A DNA stretch of 64,000 bases from Bryobacterales bacterium (GCA_965248255.1 CBDFIW010000003.1:545239-609238); one strand, 5' to 3'. Positions 9,499-19,846 are shown, numbered from the stretch's first letter. Made by a program: numbers and translations. Notes: generated by a model from the letters alone, not told the origin.

Positions 9499-10495
9499 CT
9501 CTGGATCGGAGGGGGTGATGTCCTCACGAGGTCGAGGGCCTCGTTGCAGGTTAGTATTCGACCCGATCGTGTATACCCCTCGTCAAGCATTGGGCAGTAG
9601 GTGACCTAGTACTTGGTTGCAAAAGTAAGCGTAATTATGACCACTTGGACGAACCTATCTATTTCTCAGGGGTTGCAGAACTTCGCACTTCGTTCGACCA
9701 ACGCCTATCTGTGCGCGAATCCACTGAAAACAAAGACGAGGACAGAATTCCGGAAGGTCATGTGTTATGACGCGCACTTTTGCGATTAAGTACTAGCGGG
9801 AAGGCGAGCGATAGAGATAGCAGTTTAGCTCATCAATGAGTATAACGTCGGCGATCCGGGTTGCCTTTGCTCTGTGACAACGCTCTTGCGAGAAGCAGTA
9901 GGGTGCCTGGATCGCACTCGTCGAACACCGCGTGTCGGATGATACCGACTGTCGCGTTATTCAGTTGCTGCGTGCCGGCTCGCACCGACCCGATGACGAC
10001 GCTGCTCCCTGATTGGCTCCGACAACCGGGAGTGGTCGAAGTAGCGGATTAGGCGGTGACACTCTGGGACGATTTGGACGAGAAAGGAGTTTGCTTTACG
10101 GTGAGCGTCTCCTTATCTGGCCTGCCAGCTGCGCTACTGATGCCGCGCCGCGCTCTCGCACATCGTCCCGCCCGTGGCCGCGAGATTTCGCGTTTGGCGC
10201 TACACCGCAATCCCTGCACCAAGACGTTAGCCCTGTCGTGAGTCACAGGTTCTTGGGGCGGTCAAGGCCCTTGTTTTCAGTTACTTCAATTTGTAGATCG
10301 CCATCAGGCGGGAAACCTCGCGCTACACTGGAACTGGAACGGCTCTCGACGGCCGCGACCCGGGATGCATTCGTTCCTATGGACCGGTACCCCCTTGCCG
10401 AGTGGCAAGCGTAAGGGAGCGCTTCTACTCACGACCGGCCCAATCACAGCCGGCGAGCTCCATTCCAAGACGTCGCATCCACTCAAGGGAAGCAC

Positions 10496-11446
10496 GTGGT
10501 CTTCAAGACTCAGCCAGACGACACCGGCAAGCGGCTGGACCTCTTCCTCGCCGAACACATGCCCGAAGCAAGCCGCGCCCGAATCCAGGCATGGATTCGC
10601 GCCGGGCGCGTCGACGTGAACGGTACGGCAGGCAAGGCGTCGGTTCGGTTACGGGGCGGCGAGACCATCAGAGTTGACCCCGCGCCCGCACCGCCGCTCA
10701 AGGCCTTCCCCGAGGAGATCGACCTCGACATCCTCCATGAAGACGGCGACCTGGCCGCCATCAACAAGCCCGCCGGCATGACCGTCCACGCCGGGGCCGG
10801 CAAAGCCGGAGGGACTCTCGTCAATGCCCTGCTCCACCATTTTGGGTCGCTGTCGACAGTGGGCGGTGACGTGCGTCCGGGGATCGTCCATCGCCTCGAC
10901 CGTATGACCAGCGGTGTGTTGCTGGTCGCCAAGAACGACAGGGCCCATCGCACACTCGCCCAGCAGTTTCAATCACGAAAGGTGAGGAAAGTTTATTGGG
11001 CGCTGGTGGAAGGCGATTCCACGAAGCCGGCGGCCCAGGGCTGCTCTGTCGAAGTAGACGGCGTGCGCTGGACGAGGCTCGAAATGCCCATCTCGCGCGA
11101 CCCACGCCGGCGCATCAAGATGGCTGCCCGCCGTCAGGGAAGGACGGCGCTCTCCGACTTTCGGGTGCTGCGCCGGCTGGGGAATTGCTCGCTCGCCGAG
11201 GTACGCATCGGCACAGGCCGTACGCACCAGATCCGCGTTCACCTGTCGGCCATCGGCCATCCGGTGGTAGGCGACACGCTGTACGGGGCGGCGCGACGCC
11301 CCACCGGAAGACCAGGGTCGGCGCGGTTCTATCTGCACGCCAAAGAGATCGGCTTCGAGCACCCCACCCGCGGCGAGGCCATGACGATCGAGGCGCCGCT
11401 GCCTCGAGACTTCTCCGAGATGATCGACAGCCTAGCTGCCGGGTGA
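10496..11446 (+). CDS. rluD: RluA-family 23S rRNA pseudouridine synthase with S4 domain
   Basis: RLDLFLA S4 domain, INKPAGMTVH, RPGIVHRLDRMTSG and GTGRTHQIRVHLSAIGHPVVGD. Confidence 0.92.
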   Translation: MVFKTQPDDTGKRLDLFLAEHMPEASRARIQAWIRAGRVDVNGTAGKASVRLRGGETIRVDPAPAPPLKAFPEEIDLDILHEDGDLAAINKPAGMTVHAGAGKAGGTLVNALLHHFGSLSTVGGDVRPGIVHRLDRMTSGVLLVAKNDRAHRTLAQQFQSRKVRKVYWALVEGDSTKPAAQGCSVEVDGVRWTRLEMPISRDPRRRIKMAARRQGRTALSDFRVLRRLGNCSLAEVRIGTGRTHQIRVHLSAIGHPVVGDTLYGAARRPTGRPGSARFYLHAKEIGFEHPTRGEAMTIEAPLPRDFSEMIDSLAAG

Positions 11447-11603
11447 TGCCGACCAAGGCCACGGACCGATGCGAGATCCGTACGAGCGAAGCACTAGCAA
11501 ACGGGTGCGCGACACAAACGTGCTGCTTCGAGAATGTAGCTGTATTGATGGGCCCAGCCCGATTCCTCCGAACTCAGGTTCGCGCAGTGGCTCCCCCAAC
11601 GCC

Positions 11604-11633
11604 GTAGGGGCGGGCCCCGTGCCCGCCCCCTAC
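11604..11633. repeat. GTAG-type REP-like palindrome
   Basis: GTAGGGGCGGGCCCCGTGCCCGCCCCCTAC; near-identical copy at 17703. Confidence 0.75.
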
Positions 11634-11721
11634 CAGGACTTCACAGATCCCGAGTAGTATATCTCGCGCACCCCTGGAAAACCAGCAAACCGGGACCGCT
11701 TTGGACGCGTGGACGAGACGC

Positions 11722-11727
11722 TATAAT
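11722..11727 (+). promoter_or_regulatory. Candidate sigma70 -10 box for the VWA gene
   Basis: Perfect TATAAT 22 nt before the ATG at 11750. Only a weak -35 (TTGGAC) is visible. Confidence 0.45.
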
Positions 11728-11749
11728 GAGGTCGCCGGTTGGCGTGAAT

Positions 11750-12703
11750 ATGAAGCGGTGGTTTGCAGTCTTGCTCCTTGGCGGGGCGCTTTGGGCCCAA
11801 AGTACCCAGCCCATCGGCAGTGAGACCAGCGAGGCGCCGCCGTTGCTCGACCTCAACACCACCATCCGCGTGGACGTCTCGCGCGTCCCGCTGCTGTTCA
11901 CTGTTACCGACAAGAAGAACCGCTTCATCACCAACCTCGGCCGCGAAGACTTTCGTGTGTTCGACAACAAGGTCGAGCAGGACATTCGCGAGTTTGTGCG
12001 CGAAAGCGAGCTGCCGCTACGCATCGGCATCCTGGTCGACACGAGCAACAGCATCCGCGGGCGCTTCAAGTTCGAGCAAGAAGCCGCGATCGAATTCATC
12101 CGCAGTGTCTTGCGCGAGGAGCGGGACAGGGCCTTCCTCGTGAGCTTCGACACCCGCGCCGAGTTAATCGTCGATTTCACAACTGATCCTGAGGAGTTGG
12201 CGCTGGGCGTACGCCGCCTGCGCGCCGGCGGCGGAACAGCCCTCTACGACGCCATCTATTTCTCCTGCCGCGACAAGCTGCCCGAAGACTGGCCGCCCGA
12301 GCAATTCCGCCGGGCACTGGTCATCCTCGGCGACGGCGAAGACAACCAAAGCACCGTCACACGTGACATGGCGCTCGAGATGGCACACAAGGCCGAAACC
12401 GTGATCTACACGATCTCGACCAACCGCAGCGGCAAGCAGATTGCGGGCGACAAAGTTCTGCGCAAGTACGCGCGTGAAACCGGCGGCTTGTCGTTCCACC
12501 CGTTTCAAGCCCGTGACCTCGAACAGTCATTCGCCAACATCGCCAACGAGTTGCGGCATCAATACTTCATCCTGTACTCGCCGAAGGATTTCGCCGCTGA
12601 CGGAACCTTCCATCGTGTCCAGATCAAGACCCGCGTCAAGAACACGCAGGTGCGCGTACGGCGCGGCTACTATGCACCCCTGCCCGGCGAAGAAATACGC
12701 TAG
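11750..12703 (+). CDS. Secreted VWA-domain protein (acidobacterial VWFA-related family)
   Basis: Signal peptide MKRWFAVLLLGGALWAQ, TIRVDVSRVPLLFTVTDK, MIDAS-like DTSNS and TALYDAI...LGDGEDN. Confidence 0.88.
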   Translation: MKRWFAVLLLGGALWAQSTQPIGSETSEAPPLLDLNTTIRVDVSRVPLLFTVTDKKNRFITNLGREDFRVFDNKVEQDIREFVRESELPLRIGILVDTSNSIRGRFKFEQEAAIEFIRSVLREERDRAFLVSFDTRAELIVDFTTDPEELALGVRRLRAGGGTALYDAIYFSCRDKLPEDWPPEQFRRALVILGDGEDNQSTVTRDMALEMAHKAETVIYTISTNRSGKQIAGDKVLRKYARETGGLSFHPFQARDLEQSFANIANELRHQYFILYSPKDFAADGTFHRVQIKTRVKNTQVRVRRGYYAPLPGEEIR

Positions 12704-12761
12704 CGGTTGCGGCCTGCCATTCGCTGCCTTCCGTCACGGTCGAAGAAACGTCTTGACCCAC

Positions 12762-12790
12762 TTTCGCTTTTTATTCGCCTTTGGTACAAT
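12762..12790 (+). promoter_or_regulatory. recA promoter: extended -10 (TGGTACAAT) and candidate LexA box TTTC-N7-ATTC
   Basis: TG-n-TACAAT at 12782-12790. A direct repeat with 11-bp period at 12762-12776 resembles the GTTC-N7-GTTC LexA box and overlaps the -35 region. SD GGAGG at 12821. Confidence 0.55.
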
Positions 12791-12835
12791 CTCGTATCAG
12801 GGGTGGATTTGAGACCACAAGGAGGAGTGAACGAT

Positions 12836-13927
12836 ATGGACGAACGTGAACGCACGCGCAGCCTCGAGCACGCGCTAGGTGAGATTGAGCGGGCCCATGG
12901 GAAGGGCTCGATTGTACGGCTGGGCTCGCGGGAGGCATTGGTTCCCGTGAGTGTGATCCCTACCGGGTCGCTGGCGATCGACAGCGCCCTCGGCGTCGGC
13001 GGGCTGCCGCGCGGACGGCTGGTGGAGATATTCGGTCCCGAGGCATCCGGGAAAACAACTTTGGCCTTGTCAACGGTCGCACAAGCACAGAAGTTGGGCG
13101 GCATGGCGGCGTTCATCGACGCCGAACACGCCATGGACCCCATCTACGCCCAGCGCCTCGGCGTCGACGTGGACAACCTTCTCGTGTCACAGCCCGACAG
13201 CGGCGAGCAGGCGCTGCAGATCGCCGACGTATTGGTGCGGTCGGGCGCGATCGACATCTTAGTCGTCGATTCGGTGGCGGCGCTGGTGCCGCGCGCCGAG
13301 TTGGAGGGCGAGATGGGCGACATGCACCTCGGCTTGCAGGCTCGGCTGATGTCACAGGCACTGCGGAAGCTGGCCGGGGTGGTCTTCAAGTCGAACACCT
13401 GCTTGATCTTCATCAACCAGATCCGCGAGAAGATCGGCGTCATGTTCGGCAGTCCGGAAACGACGACCGGCGGGCGCGCGCTGAAGTTCTACACGTCGGT
13501 GCGCATCGACATCCGGCGCATCGCGGCCATCAAGGACGGCGATAGGATCGTCGGCAATCGCACTAAGGTGAAAGTAGTGAAGAACAAGGTCGCCGCGCCC
13601 TTCCAGCAAGCTGAGTTCGACATCATGTACGGCGAGGGGCTGTCGCTCGAAGGCGATCTGCTCGACCTGGGTGTCGTCAATAAGCTGGTGGCGAAGAGCG
13701 GCGCGTGGTATTCCTACGGCGGCGACCGCATCGGACAGGGCCGCGAGAACGCCAAGCAGTTCTTGGGCGATCACCCGGACTTGCGGGACCGGCTGGAACT
13801 CGAGCTACGCCAGGCGTTAGGTCTGCACATTCCGGCTGAAGCCGAAGCCCAGCCGGGGCCGGAAGCCGTGGAAGAAACACCCCAGGCGGAGCCGGAGCGA
13901 GGTTCGCAACGGGCAGCACAGGCGTGA
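12836..13927 (+). CDS. recA: Recombinase A
   Basis: [48 protein letters not shown]. The ATG at 12836 follows a GGAGG SD. Confidence 0.99.
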   Translation: MDERERTRSLEHALGEIERAHGKGSIVRLGSREALVPVSVIPTGSLAIDSALGVGGLPRGRLVEIFGPEASGKTTLALSTVAQAQKLGGMAAFIDAEHAMDPIYAQRLGVDVDNLLVSQPDSGEQALQIADVLVRSGAIDILVVDSVAALVPRAELEGEMGDMHLGLQARLMSQALRKLAGVVFKSNTCLIFINQIREKIGVMFGSPETTTGGRALKFYTSVRIDIRRIAAIKDGDRIVGNRTKVKVVKNKVAAPFQQAEFDIMYGEGLSLEGDLLDLGVVNKLVAKSGAWYSYGGDRIGQGRENAKQFLGDHPDLRDRLELELRQALGLHIPAEAEAQPGPEAVEETPQAEPERGSQRAAQA

Positions 13928-14069
13928 CCCGCCGGTTGTAGGGCAGCGTGCTAGGCCCAGCAAGTGAGGCAACGGTCCGGCCTGGCCGTCGCGCGATTTT
14001 TCGCAAGACAGGATCGTTATCTGGCTAAGGGCTGCGCCCTTGATATCCCAATGGAACCGCGACGAAAAA

Positions 14070-14147
14070 GTAGGGGCACAGCATGCTGTGCCCGTGTTAG
14101 GGTCAAGCCGTCCGTTCGAAACCGGGCACGGCATGCCGTGCCCCTAC
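14070..14147. repeat. Inverted doublet of GTAG-type REP-like palindromes (REPIN-like)
   Basis: GTAGGGGCACAGCATGCTGTGCCC (14070-14093) and GGGCACGGCATGCCGTGCCCCTAC (14124-14147). Confidence 0.8.
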
Positions 14148-14175
14148 ATTGTCCTTGACCAAGCCACAACCGATC

Positions 14176-15774
14176 ATGGCTCGCGAGACATTTGACGTTT
14201 GCGTGATCGGTTCCGGCGCGGCAGGTGGAACGCTTGCCGGCCAACTCGCTGAGTGCGGGGCCCGCGTCGCTTTGATCGAGGCAGGCGGCTACCGCGACCC
14301 GGCCAAGCTCCGCACGCACGCCTGGCCGTACGATCAGGTGCGGCCGCCGGTGATCCCGGAGGTCACCACCGATCCGGAGCGCGAGCCGGTCGAATACGCC
14401 GGCGATACCATCTCGGTAGGCCGCGGTCGCGTGCTGGGCGGCCGTACGACTCACTGGAACGCGGTCGCGCTGCGCTTCTCAGAAGATGACTTCCGCGAGT
14501 GGTCCGTCAACGGCAGCGAGGAGGATTGGCCGCTCAGCTACCAAGAGTTGGCGCCGTACTACGACCAAGCCGAAGAGCTGATGGTCGTTTGCGGTACTCG
14601 CGAAAACCTCGAGGTTCTGCCCGACGGACACTTCATCCCGCCGCTCCCATTGCGGTGCTCGGAGAAGATCCTCAGCCGCGCCGGCAAGAAGCTGGGCATG
14701 CGCGTGATCCCGGTGCGCAAGGCTCTGGCGACCGGCGACGGTCACGGACGCGCGCCGTGCCACTGCTGCGGCCACTGCATGGAGGGATGCGGCGTGTCGG
14801 CGATCTTCAACACAGCCGAGCACGTGTTGCCGAAGGCGCGGGGCACGGGCCGCCTCACGGTTCGCTCAGGCTGGATGGCGCGTGAGCTGCGGACAGACCA
14901 AGAAGGCCGTGTGCGCGCGGCGATGATCTTCGACCGTGAGAGCAGGCGGGAAGACGAGGTCCGCGCCCGAGTCTTCGCCGTGTGCGGCGGCAACATCGAG
15001 TCGGCGCGACTACTGTTGAATTCACGCTCGCAGCGCTTCCCGAACGGCCTGGCCAACAACAACGACATCGTAGGACGGTACCTCCACGGGCATGTGACTG
15101 CCGAGGTCTTCGGCTACTTGAAAGAGTTGATCCGAACGAAGTCGACGAACCGGGATGGTGCGCTCGACCACGCCTACATCCCGCGCTTCCCTCCCCTCGG
15201 GCGAACCGATTACGTCGGAGGATTCGGCATTCAGCTCAACGTGCGCTCGTATATGAGACCGCACCAGGCGTGGCATGTGCCGGGGTTCGGGCTGGACTTC
15301 AAGCAGCGAGTCCGCGACCTGCAACCGGCGCAGACGTCGGCCCTCACGTTCGGGAAGGTTGTCGCACACCCGGACAATCGTGTCACGCTGCACCCCACGC
15401 GCCGGGACGACTACGGGCTGCCGGTCCCGCGGGTGCGCTTCCGGTGGCAACCGAACGACATGGCCATCTACGAAGCTATGCTCGACGCCTGCCATAAGAT
15501 GTACGACGCAGCCGGCGTAGCGTTCCGCATGGAGCGACGCGGCGGCCCGCAAGGGTTCGCCTCCCACGAGGTCGGTTGCGTGCGCATGGGGAGGGATCCC
15601 AAGACATCAGTGCTCAACCGGTTCAACCAGGCACACGAGGTGAAGAACCTGTTCGTCGTCGATGGGAGCAGTTTTACGTCCTTCCCAGAGAAGAACCCCA
15701 CGCTGACGATTGTGGCGTTGGCCATTCGAGCGGCGGAAAACATTCAGCGGCTGCGAGGCCGCGGCGAGTTGTAA
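14176..15774 (+). CDS. GMC-family FAD oxidoreductase
   Basis: FDVCVIGSGAAGG, GRVLGGRTTHW, HEVGCVRMG and NLFVVDGSSF...NPTLTIVALA. Confidence 0.9.
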   Translation: MARETFDVCVIGSGAAGGTLAGQLAECGARVALIEAGGYRDPAKLRTHAWPYDQVRPPVIPEVTTDPEREPVEYAGDTISVGRGRVLGGRTTHWNAVALRFSEDDFREWSVNGSEEDWPLSYQELAPYYDQAEELMVVCGTRENLEVLPDGHFIPPLPLRCSEKILSRAGKKLGMRVIPVRKALATGDGHGRAPCHCCGHCMEGCGVSAIFNTAEHVLPKARGTGRLTVRSGWMARELRTDQEGRVRAAMIFDRESRREDEVRARVFAVCGGNIESARLLLNSRSQRFPNGLANNNDIVGRYLHGHVTAEVFGYLKELIRTKSTNRDGALDHAYIPRFPPLGRTDYVGGFGIQLNVRSYMRPHQAWHVPGFGLDFKQRVRDLQPAQTSALTFGKVVAHPDNRVTLHPTRRDDYGLPVPRVRFRWQPNDMAIYEAMLDACHKMYDAAGVAFRMERRGGPQGFASHEVGCVRMGRDPKTSVLNRFNQAHEVKNLFVVDGSSFTSFPEKNPTLTIVALAIRAAENIQRLRGRGEL

Positions 15775-15862
15775 CAGGAGGTGGCAGCTCACCGCTAGCA
15801 GTTCGTCGTGGAAGCGAAGTTTTTGTCAAGTCCGTCAGATGCGGTTGCGGATTGCAGCACGC

Positions 15863-15881
15863 GGGTACGGCATGCCCCTAC
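15863..15881. repeat. Partial GTAG-type REP-like copy
   Basis: GGGTACGGCATGCCCCTAC, related to 14124-14147. Confidence 0.55.
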
Positions 15882-15914
15882 ATTGTGAATAGCGCGGCTT
15901 CCGACTTTCCATGG

Positions 15915-16139
15915 CTATTTGGCTAGTTTCTTGAGAACGTAACGATGCTCCTGCATCACCTGCTCGGCTATGTCCATCTGCCGGTCAGACTCCGGGTCGT
16001 AGGGCCGGAGTTCAACACCGTTGGGAGTCTCGATCGCGAGCACGGTGTCGCCCTCGCGTGCCCGGAGCCGCTTGAGAATCTCCTCCGGCAACACAATGCC
16101 GGCCGAGTTGCCGACGCTGGTGATCTTCAGGAGTTTCAT
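15915..16139 (-). CDS. AbrB/MazE/SpoVT-family antitoxin (type usually paired with Doc)
   Basis: 74 aa: LKITSVGNSAGIVLPEEIL...LRPYDP...AEQVMQEHRYVLKKLAK. Confidence 0.85.
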   Translation of the reverse strand: MKLLKITSVGNSAGIVLPEEILKRLRAREGDTVLAIETPNGVELRPYDPESDRQMDIAEQVMQEHRYVLKKLAK

Positions 16140-16145
16140 AGACTC

Positions 16146-16153
16146 GTTATAAC
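16146..16153. promoter_or_regulatory. GTTATAAC palindrome, probable autoregulatory operator/-10 of the antitoxin gene
   Basis: Perfect 8-bp palindrome 6 nt upstream of the antitoxin ATG; on the minus strand it reads TG-T-TATAAC. Confidence 0.5.
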
Positions 16154-16225
16154 AACGGTTGCTACGGCGTCAGTAGATTCAATCGAGAGTAGACCGCTAC
16201 AATCGCGGTCGGAGAAACGACAGTC

Positions 16226-17530
16226 ATGTTGCAACGCAGAGATTTGCTGAAGGGCCTTGCCCTCACACCGTTCTGGGCAAGCGACCTGTACGCCCAGGCG
16301 ACGCGTGGGTTGCCGCCGCTGAAGATCGAGAAGGTGGACGTGATCGGTACCAGTCCGCGGGGGTATCGGTGGGTGTTCATCAAAGTCCACACGAGTGAGC
16401 CCGGACTTTACGGACTTGGCTCGGCCAATTATGCCTACTTGTCCTGGGCCGCCAAGGCGGGGCTGGAGAAACATATGGCGCCGTTCTGGGTCGGCAAAGA
16501 TCCTGATCGGATCGAGGACCTTTGGCAGTGGAACCACGTGCGTTCGTACTGGCGCAATGGACCGGTCACCAACGTGATCCAAGCCGCGCTCGACTCCGCC
16601 CTGTGGGACATCAAGGGGAAACGCGCCAACATGCCGGTCTATCAGCTCCTCGGCGGCAAGGTACGCGATGCCGTTCCGCTGTACGCGCACGCGGGCGGTC
16701 CCACGATGGACGCCTGTGTCGAAAGCGCCCAAAGCTGGATGGAGAAAGGCTTCCGGCACGTGCGCGTGCAAATGGGAGGCTACGGCGGGGGCGGCTTCAT
16801 CCCTCCTGGTGAAGGCAGCCGTCCGGAAACAGGGTACAGCGGCAAGGCGTTCGACGAGGAGACGTACGTCGACACGATCCCGAAGCTGTTCGAGCACCTG
16901 CGCGACAAGCTGGGATGGGACGTCAAGCTCCTGCACGATGTTCACGAGCACCTCACCCCAACGATGGCGCTCGAGTTGGCCAAGCGCATGGAGGCGGTGC
17001 GGATGTTCTTTGTTGAAGACATTCTGCCGCCCGAGCAGATCGACTACTTCAAGAAGATCCGTGCGCTAACGTCGACGCCGATGGCGATGGGCGAGCTGTT
17101 CGTGCATCCGCACGAGTGGCGTCCGCTGATCGCCGGGCGAGTGATCGACTTCTTCCGCGGACGAGTCGGGATGATCGGCGGCATTACGCAAGCCAAGAAG
17201 ATCGCGGCGCTTTGCGAGCAGTTCGGCGTGCGCACTGCTTTCCAGGAGGGCGGCGAGAACGACCCCATCAATCAGTTGATCGCCTACCATGTCGACTTGA
17301 CGATCCCGAGCTTCGGCATCCAGGAGGAGAACGACTATCCTGACGAGATTCACGAGATGATGCCCGGCGCGGCGCGGATCCGCGGCGGCTATCTCTACGG
17401 CAGCGATAAGCCCGGTCTCGGCATCGACCTCAATGTTGAGATGGCCGCCAAATACCCGCTCAAGGACGACCATCATGTCTCCGATTGGACGACGGTACGA
17501 GGCATGGACGGGTCGCTGGTGAAGCCGTGA
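16226..17530 (+). CDS. Enolase-superfamily acid-sugar dehydratase (ManD/RspA-like) with twin-arginine-type N-terminus
   Basis: MLQRRDLLKGLA leader, ALWDIKGKRANMPVYQLLGGK, LLHDVHEHL, FFVED and MGELF. Confidence 0.85.
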   Translation: MLQRRDLLKGLALTPFWASDLYAQATRGLPPLKIEKVDVIGTSPRGYRWVFIKVHTSEPGLYGLGSANYAYLSWAAKAGLEKHMAPFWVGKDPDRIEDLWQWNHVRSYWRNGPVTNVIQAALDSALWDIKGKRANMPVYQLLGGKVRDAVPLYAHAGGPTMDACVESAQSWMEKGFRHVRVQMGGYGGGGFIPPGEGSRPETGYSGKAFDEETYVDTIPKLFEHLRDKLGWDVKLLHDVHEHLTPTMALELAKRMEAVRMFFVEDILPPEQIDYFKKIRALTSTPMAMGELFVHPHEWRPLIAGRVIDFFRGRVGMIGGITQAKKIAALCEQFGVRTAFQEGGENDPINQLIAYHVDLTIPSFGIQEENDYPDEIHEMMPGAARIRGGYLYGSDKPGLGIDLNVEMAAKYPLKDDHHVSDWTTVRGMDGSLVKP

Positions 17531-17702
17531 GAACTCAGTCTTAGCGACGATGCGCCGGCTTGGGGGACAATGGAGGCATGACGCCCGGTGAACTTCGCGA
17601 GGGCAGTGAACGCGTTGGTTCGGTCCGGTTCGCCGTGACTTGCGCGGCGCGGTGAACCTTAGTAGTGTGTTTCGCAAACCCGGTTACGTTTCTGTTTGCC
17701 CG

Positions 17703-17728
17703 GTAGGGGCGGGCCCCCGTGCCCGCCC
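17703..17728. repeat. GTAG-type REP-like palindrome
   Basis: GTAGGGGCGGGCCCCCGTGCCCGCCC, matching 11604. Confidence 0.7.
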
Positions 17729-17818
17729 GCCCAGGACGGCGGCAGAATGCCCCTCCGAGATACGTGACCGAGCTTGTGAAACGGTGTACCTAGACTAGCG
17801 GGCACACGGTCGAGATCA

Positions 17819-18649
17819 ATGCTGTCGAAAACACTCGCACGCCGCCTGACGGGAAAGGCACGCCCGGGGCCCTCATCTGTCGGGTTGGGTGCCATGGGCG
17901 TGTGCGCTCTAGGCGTCCTGCTGTCTATAGTCGGATGGCAAGTGCTCCGAGGCGCATCCACCCCCGACAGCGCCGATCAGGATAGGGCAGCGTATAGAGC
18001 CGTCCAGACCCGGCGCTCCTACGGGCTCGCCCAAGGCAAGTTCCTGATTGCCCGCCGAACCCTGATGGATCCGAACTTTGCCCAGACCGTGGTTCTCCTC
18101 TTCCAGTATGACGAGGAGGGGAGTGTGGGCTTGATCATCAATCGCCCGACCACCATCAAGCTTTCCAAAGCCGTCGATCACTTCCAACAGTGGGAGGGCG
18201 AAGACGACCGGATCTATGAGGGAGGGCCGGTTGCGCGACGCCGGGTGACCGTGCTCGTTCGCACCGATGACGAGATCGAGGGCGCTCATCCGGTGTTTGA
18301 TGATGTCCACCTCGGTGCCAGCAACGGTCTGCTGCAAAGCCTGGCCAACGGATGGGACAAACCAAAGGCGTTCCGCACGTATACGGGCTACGCGGGATGG
18401 GGCGCCGGCCAGCTCGAAGGCGAGATGAAGCGGGGAAGCTGGCATGTCTTGCCGGCGAAAGGTGATATTGTGTTTGACCCCGACCCTGACCGCGTGTGGA
18501 CGAAGTTGATTGAACAAACCAATCTTCGCTGGGCCGAGGCCCAGGGCGTGCCCCGGCGCCACACGGAACGGCCTGTCTTCCAGTGGCATTGGGAAGTCGC
18601 CGCCTTGGGCTACTCGCGGGCGTCCGCTTGGGAACCTCGCACCGGCTGA
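17819..18649 (+). CDS. YqgE/AlgH-family protein with N-terminal hydrophobic extension (start uncertain)
   Basis: DPNFAQTVVLL, GLIINRP, EGGPV and GYAGWGAGQLEGEMKRGSW. Confidence 0.85.
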   Translation: MLSKTLARRLTGKARPGPSSVGLGAMGVCALGVLLSIVGWQVLRGASTPDSADQDRAAYRAVQTRRSYGLAQGKFLIARRTLMDPNFAQTVVLLFQYDEEGSVGLIINRPTTIKLSKAVDHFQQWEGEDDRIYEGGPVARRRVTVLVRTDDEIEGAHPVFDDVHLGASNGLLQSLANGWDKPKAFRTYTGYAGWGAGQLEGEMKRGSWHVLPAKGDIVFDPDPDRVWTKLIEQTNLRWAEAQGVPRRHTERPVFQWHWEVAALGYSRASAWEPRTG

Positions 18650-18951
18650 AGAGACCGAGCGAACTCCAAGCCTTCTTCCAGACCTGAGCCGGTGCGTGGA
18701 CGAAGCATCCGACGCCGGAACGCGATTTCGGGGGAATTCGTCGGTGCATTTCTCCGCGAAGGGTGTTATCCGTCCAAGTGGCTCGCCGGGGTTCGTGCGA
18801 TGGCTCCTAGACACCCGGAGACTACTCGCGACCATCTACCTCAGAATCCATGAACCCGACTCGACGTCATCGGGTTGGTCTAGGACGTCCCGGCCGGTCC
18901 GGTCTTTCGCGGCTTGCGCCGCAACTCCATTTATACTACAATGCAGGAATT

Positions 18952-19287
18952 ATGTCGCGCACGCACAATTTGGGGGGGTTCGAGCAGATCGTTCTCCTGT
19001 CGATCCTCCGTCTTGGCGAGACCGCCTACGGCGTTCGCGTCCGAGCCGAGATAGCCGAGCACACTGGGCGTGACGTCACTCCAGGCGCCCTGTACACGAC
19101 GCTCGAACGTTTGGAGGACAAGGGGTTTGTGACCTCCCGTCTCGGAGACCCGACTCCCGAGCGCGGGGGACGCGCCAAGCGGTACTACAAGGTGAGCGCC
19201 TCGGGTTTCAAGGCTGTCAAGAGGGTGCAGAATGCGTATCAGAGTCTGCTCACAGGTCTGGAACTTATCGGAGGGGCCAATGCCTAA
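18952..19287 (+). CDS. PadR-family transcriptional regulator
   Basis: LGGFEQIVLLSILRL...AYGV, GALYTTLERLEDKGFV and RGGRAKRYYKV. Confidence 0.9.
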   Translation: MSRTHNLGGFEQIVLLSILRLGETAYGVRVRAEIAEHTGRDVTPGALYTTLERLEDKGFVTSRLGDPTPERGGRAKRYYKVSASGFKAVKRVQNAYQSLLTGLELIGGANA

Positions 19288-19846
19288 GCCGAAGTCGTCT
19301 TTGTCCTTCACGCTGCTGACCCTGTTCACGTCCCCTGAACGCGCTGAATCGATTCAGGGCGATCTGATGGAAGAAGCCCAAATCCGTGGACGGGGCTGGT
19401 TCTGGTCCCAGGTGATTCGGACCACAGGCGCGCTGTGCTGGAAGGAGTTTGCGCGGTCTCCGTTTGCCGTTCTTGGATTGACCCTGTTTGGTGGGGTGGC
19501 GTGGTTCTTGATGACGCTTATCATGCTGGCCGCGGAAGACGCAGTCGAGTTCGCGCTCGACTCTCTGGGAGTCCCCGCCAATATACCAGTGCTGCCGGTC
19601 TTCCTTCTTGGAGCCTTGCTGGGCGGAATCATCTTGGGACGGGCAGCCCCGGTCCGGGGCATGTACGCCTCGGTCGGCCTCGCATTCGCGTCAGTCCCCG
19701 TTCTGGTACTTCTTCTCTTCAGCCCCCAACCCTGGGCGGGAATCGCCGACCTTCGATGGATAGCTTTGGTTTTTTCTGGACCGCTCCTGCTTCTCGGTAG
19801 CGCTCTCTCGAGGCGATGGGCGGTACACTCTCGATCAACGCCGTAG
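19280..19846 (+). CDS. Multi-pass membrane protein coupled to the PadR gene
   Basis: Overlaps the PadR stop. AESIQGDLMEE..RGRGWFWSQV N-terminus followed by about four hydrophobic helices. Confidence 0.7.
   Translation: MPKPKSSLSFTLLTLFTSPERAESIQGDLMEEAQIRGRGWFWSQVIRTTGALCWKEFARSPFAVLGLTLFGGVAWFLMTLIMLAAEDAVEFALDSLGVPANIPVLPVFLLGALLGGIILGRAAPVRGMYASVGLAFASVPVLVLLLFSPQPWAGIADLRWIALVFSGPLLLLGSALSRRWAVHSRSTP

Noticed and set aside
15775-15914. Doc toxin downstream of the antitoxin
   Set aside because: Only a 25-codon minus-strand ORF with no HxFxxGNxR motif.
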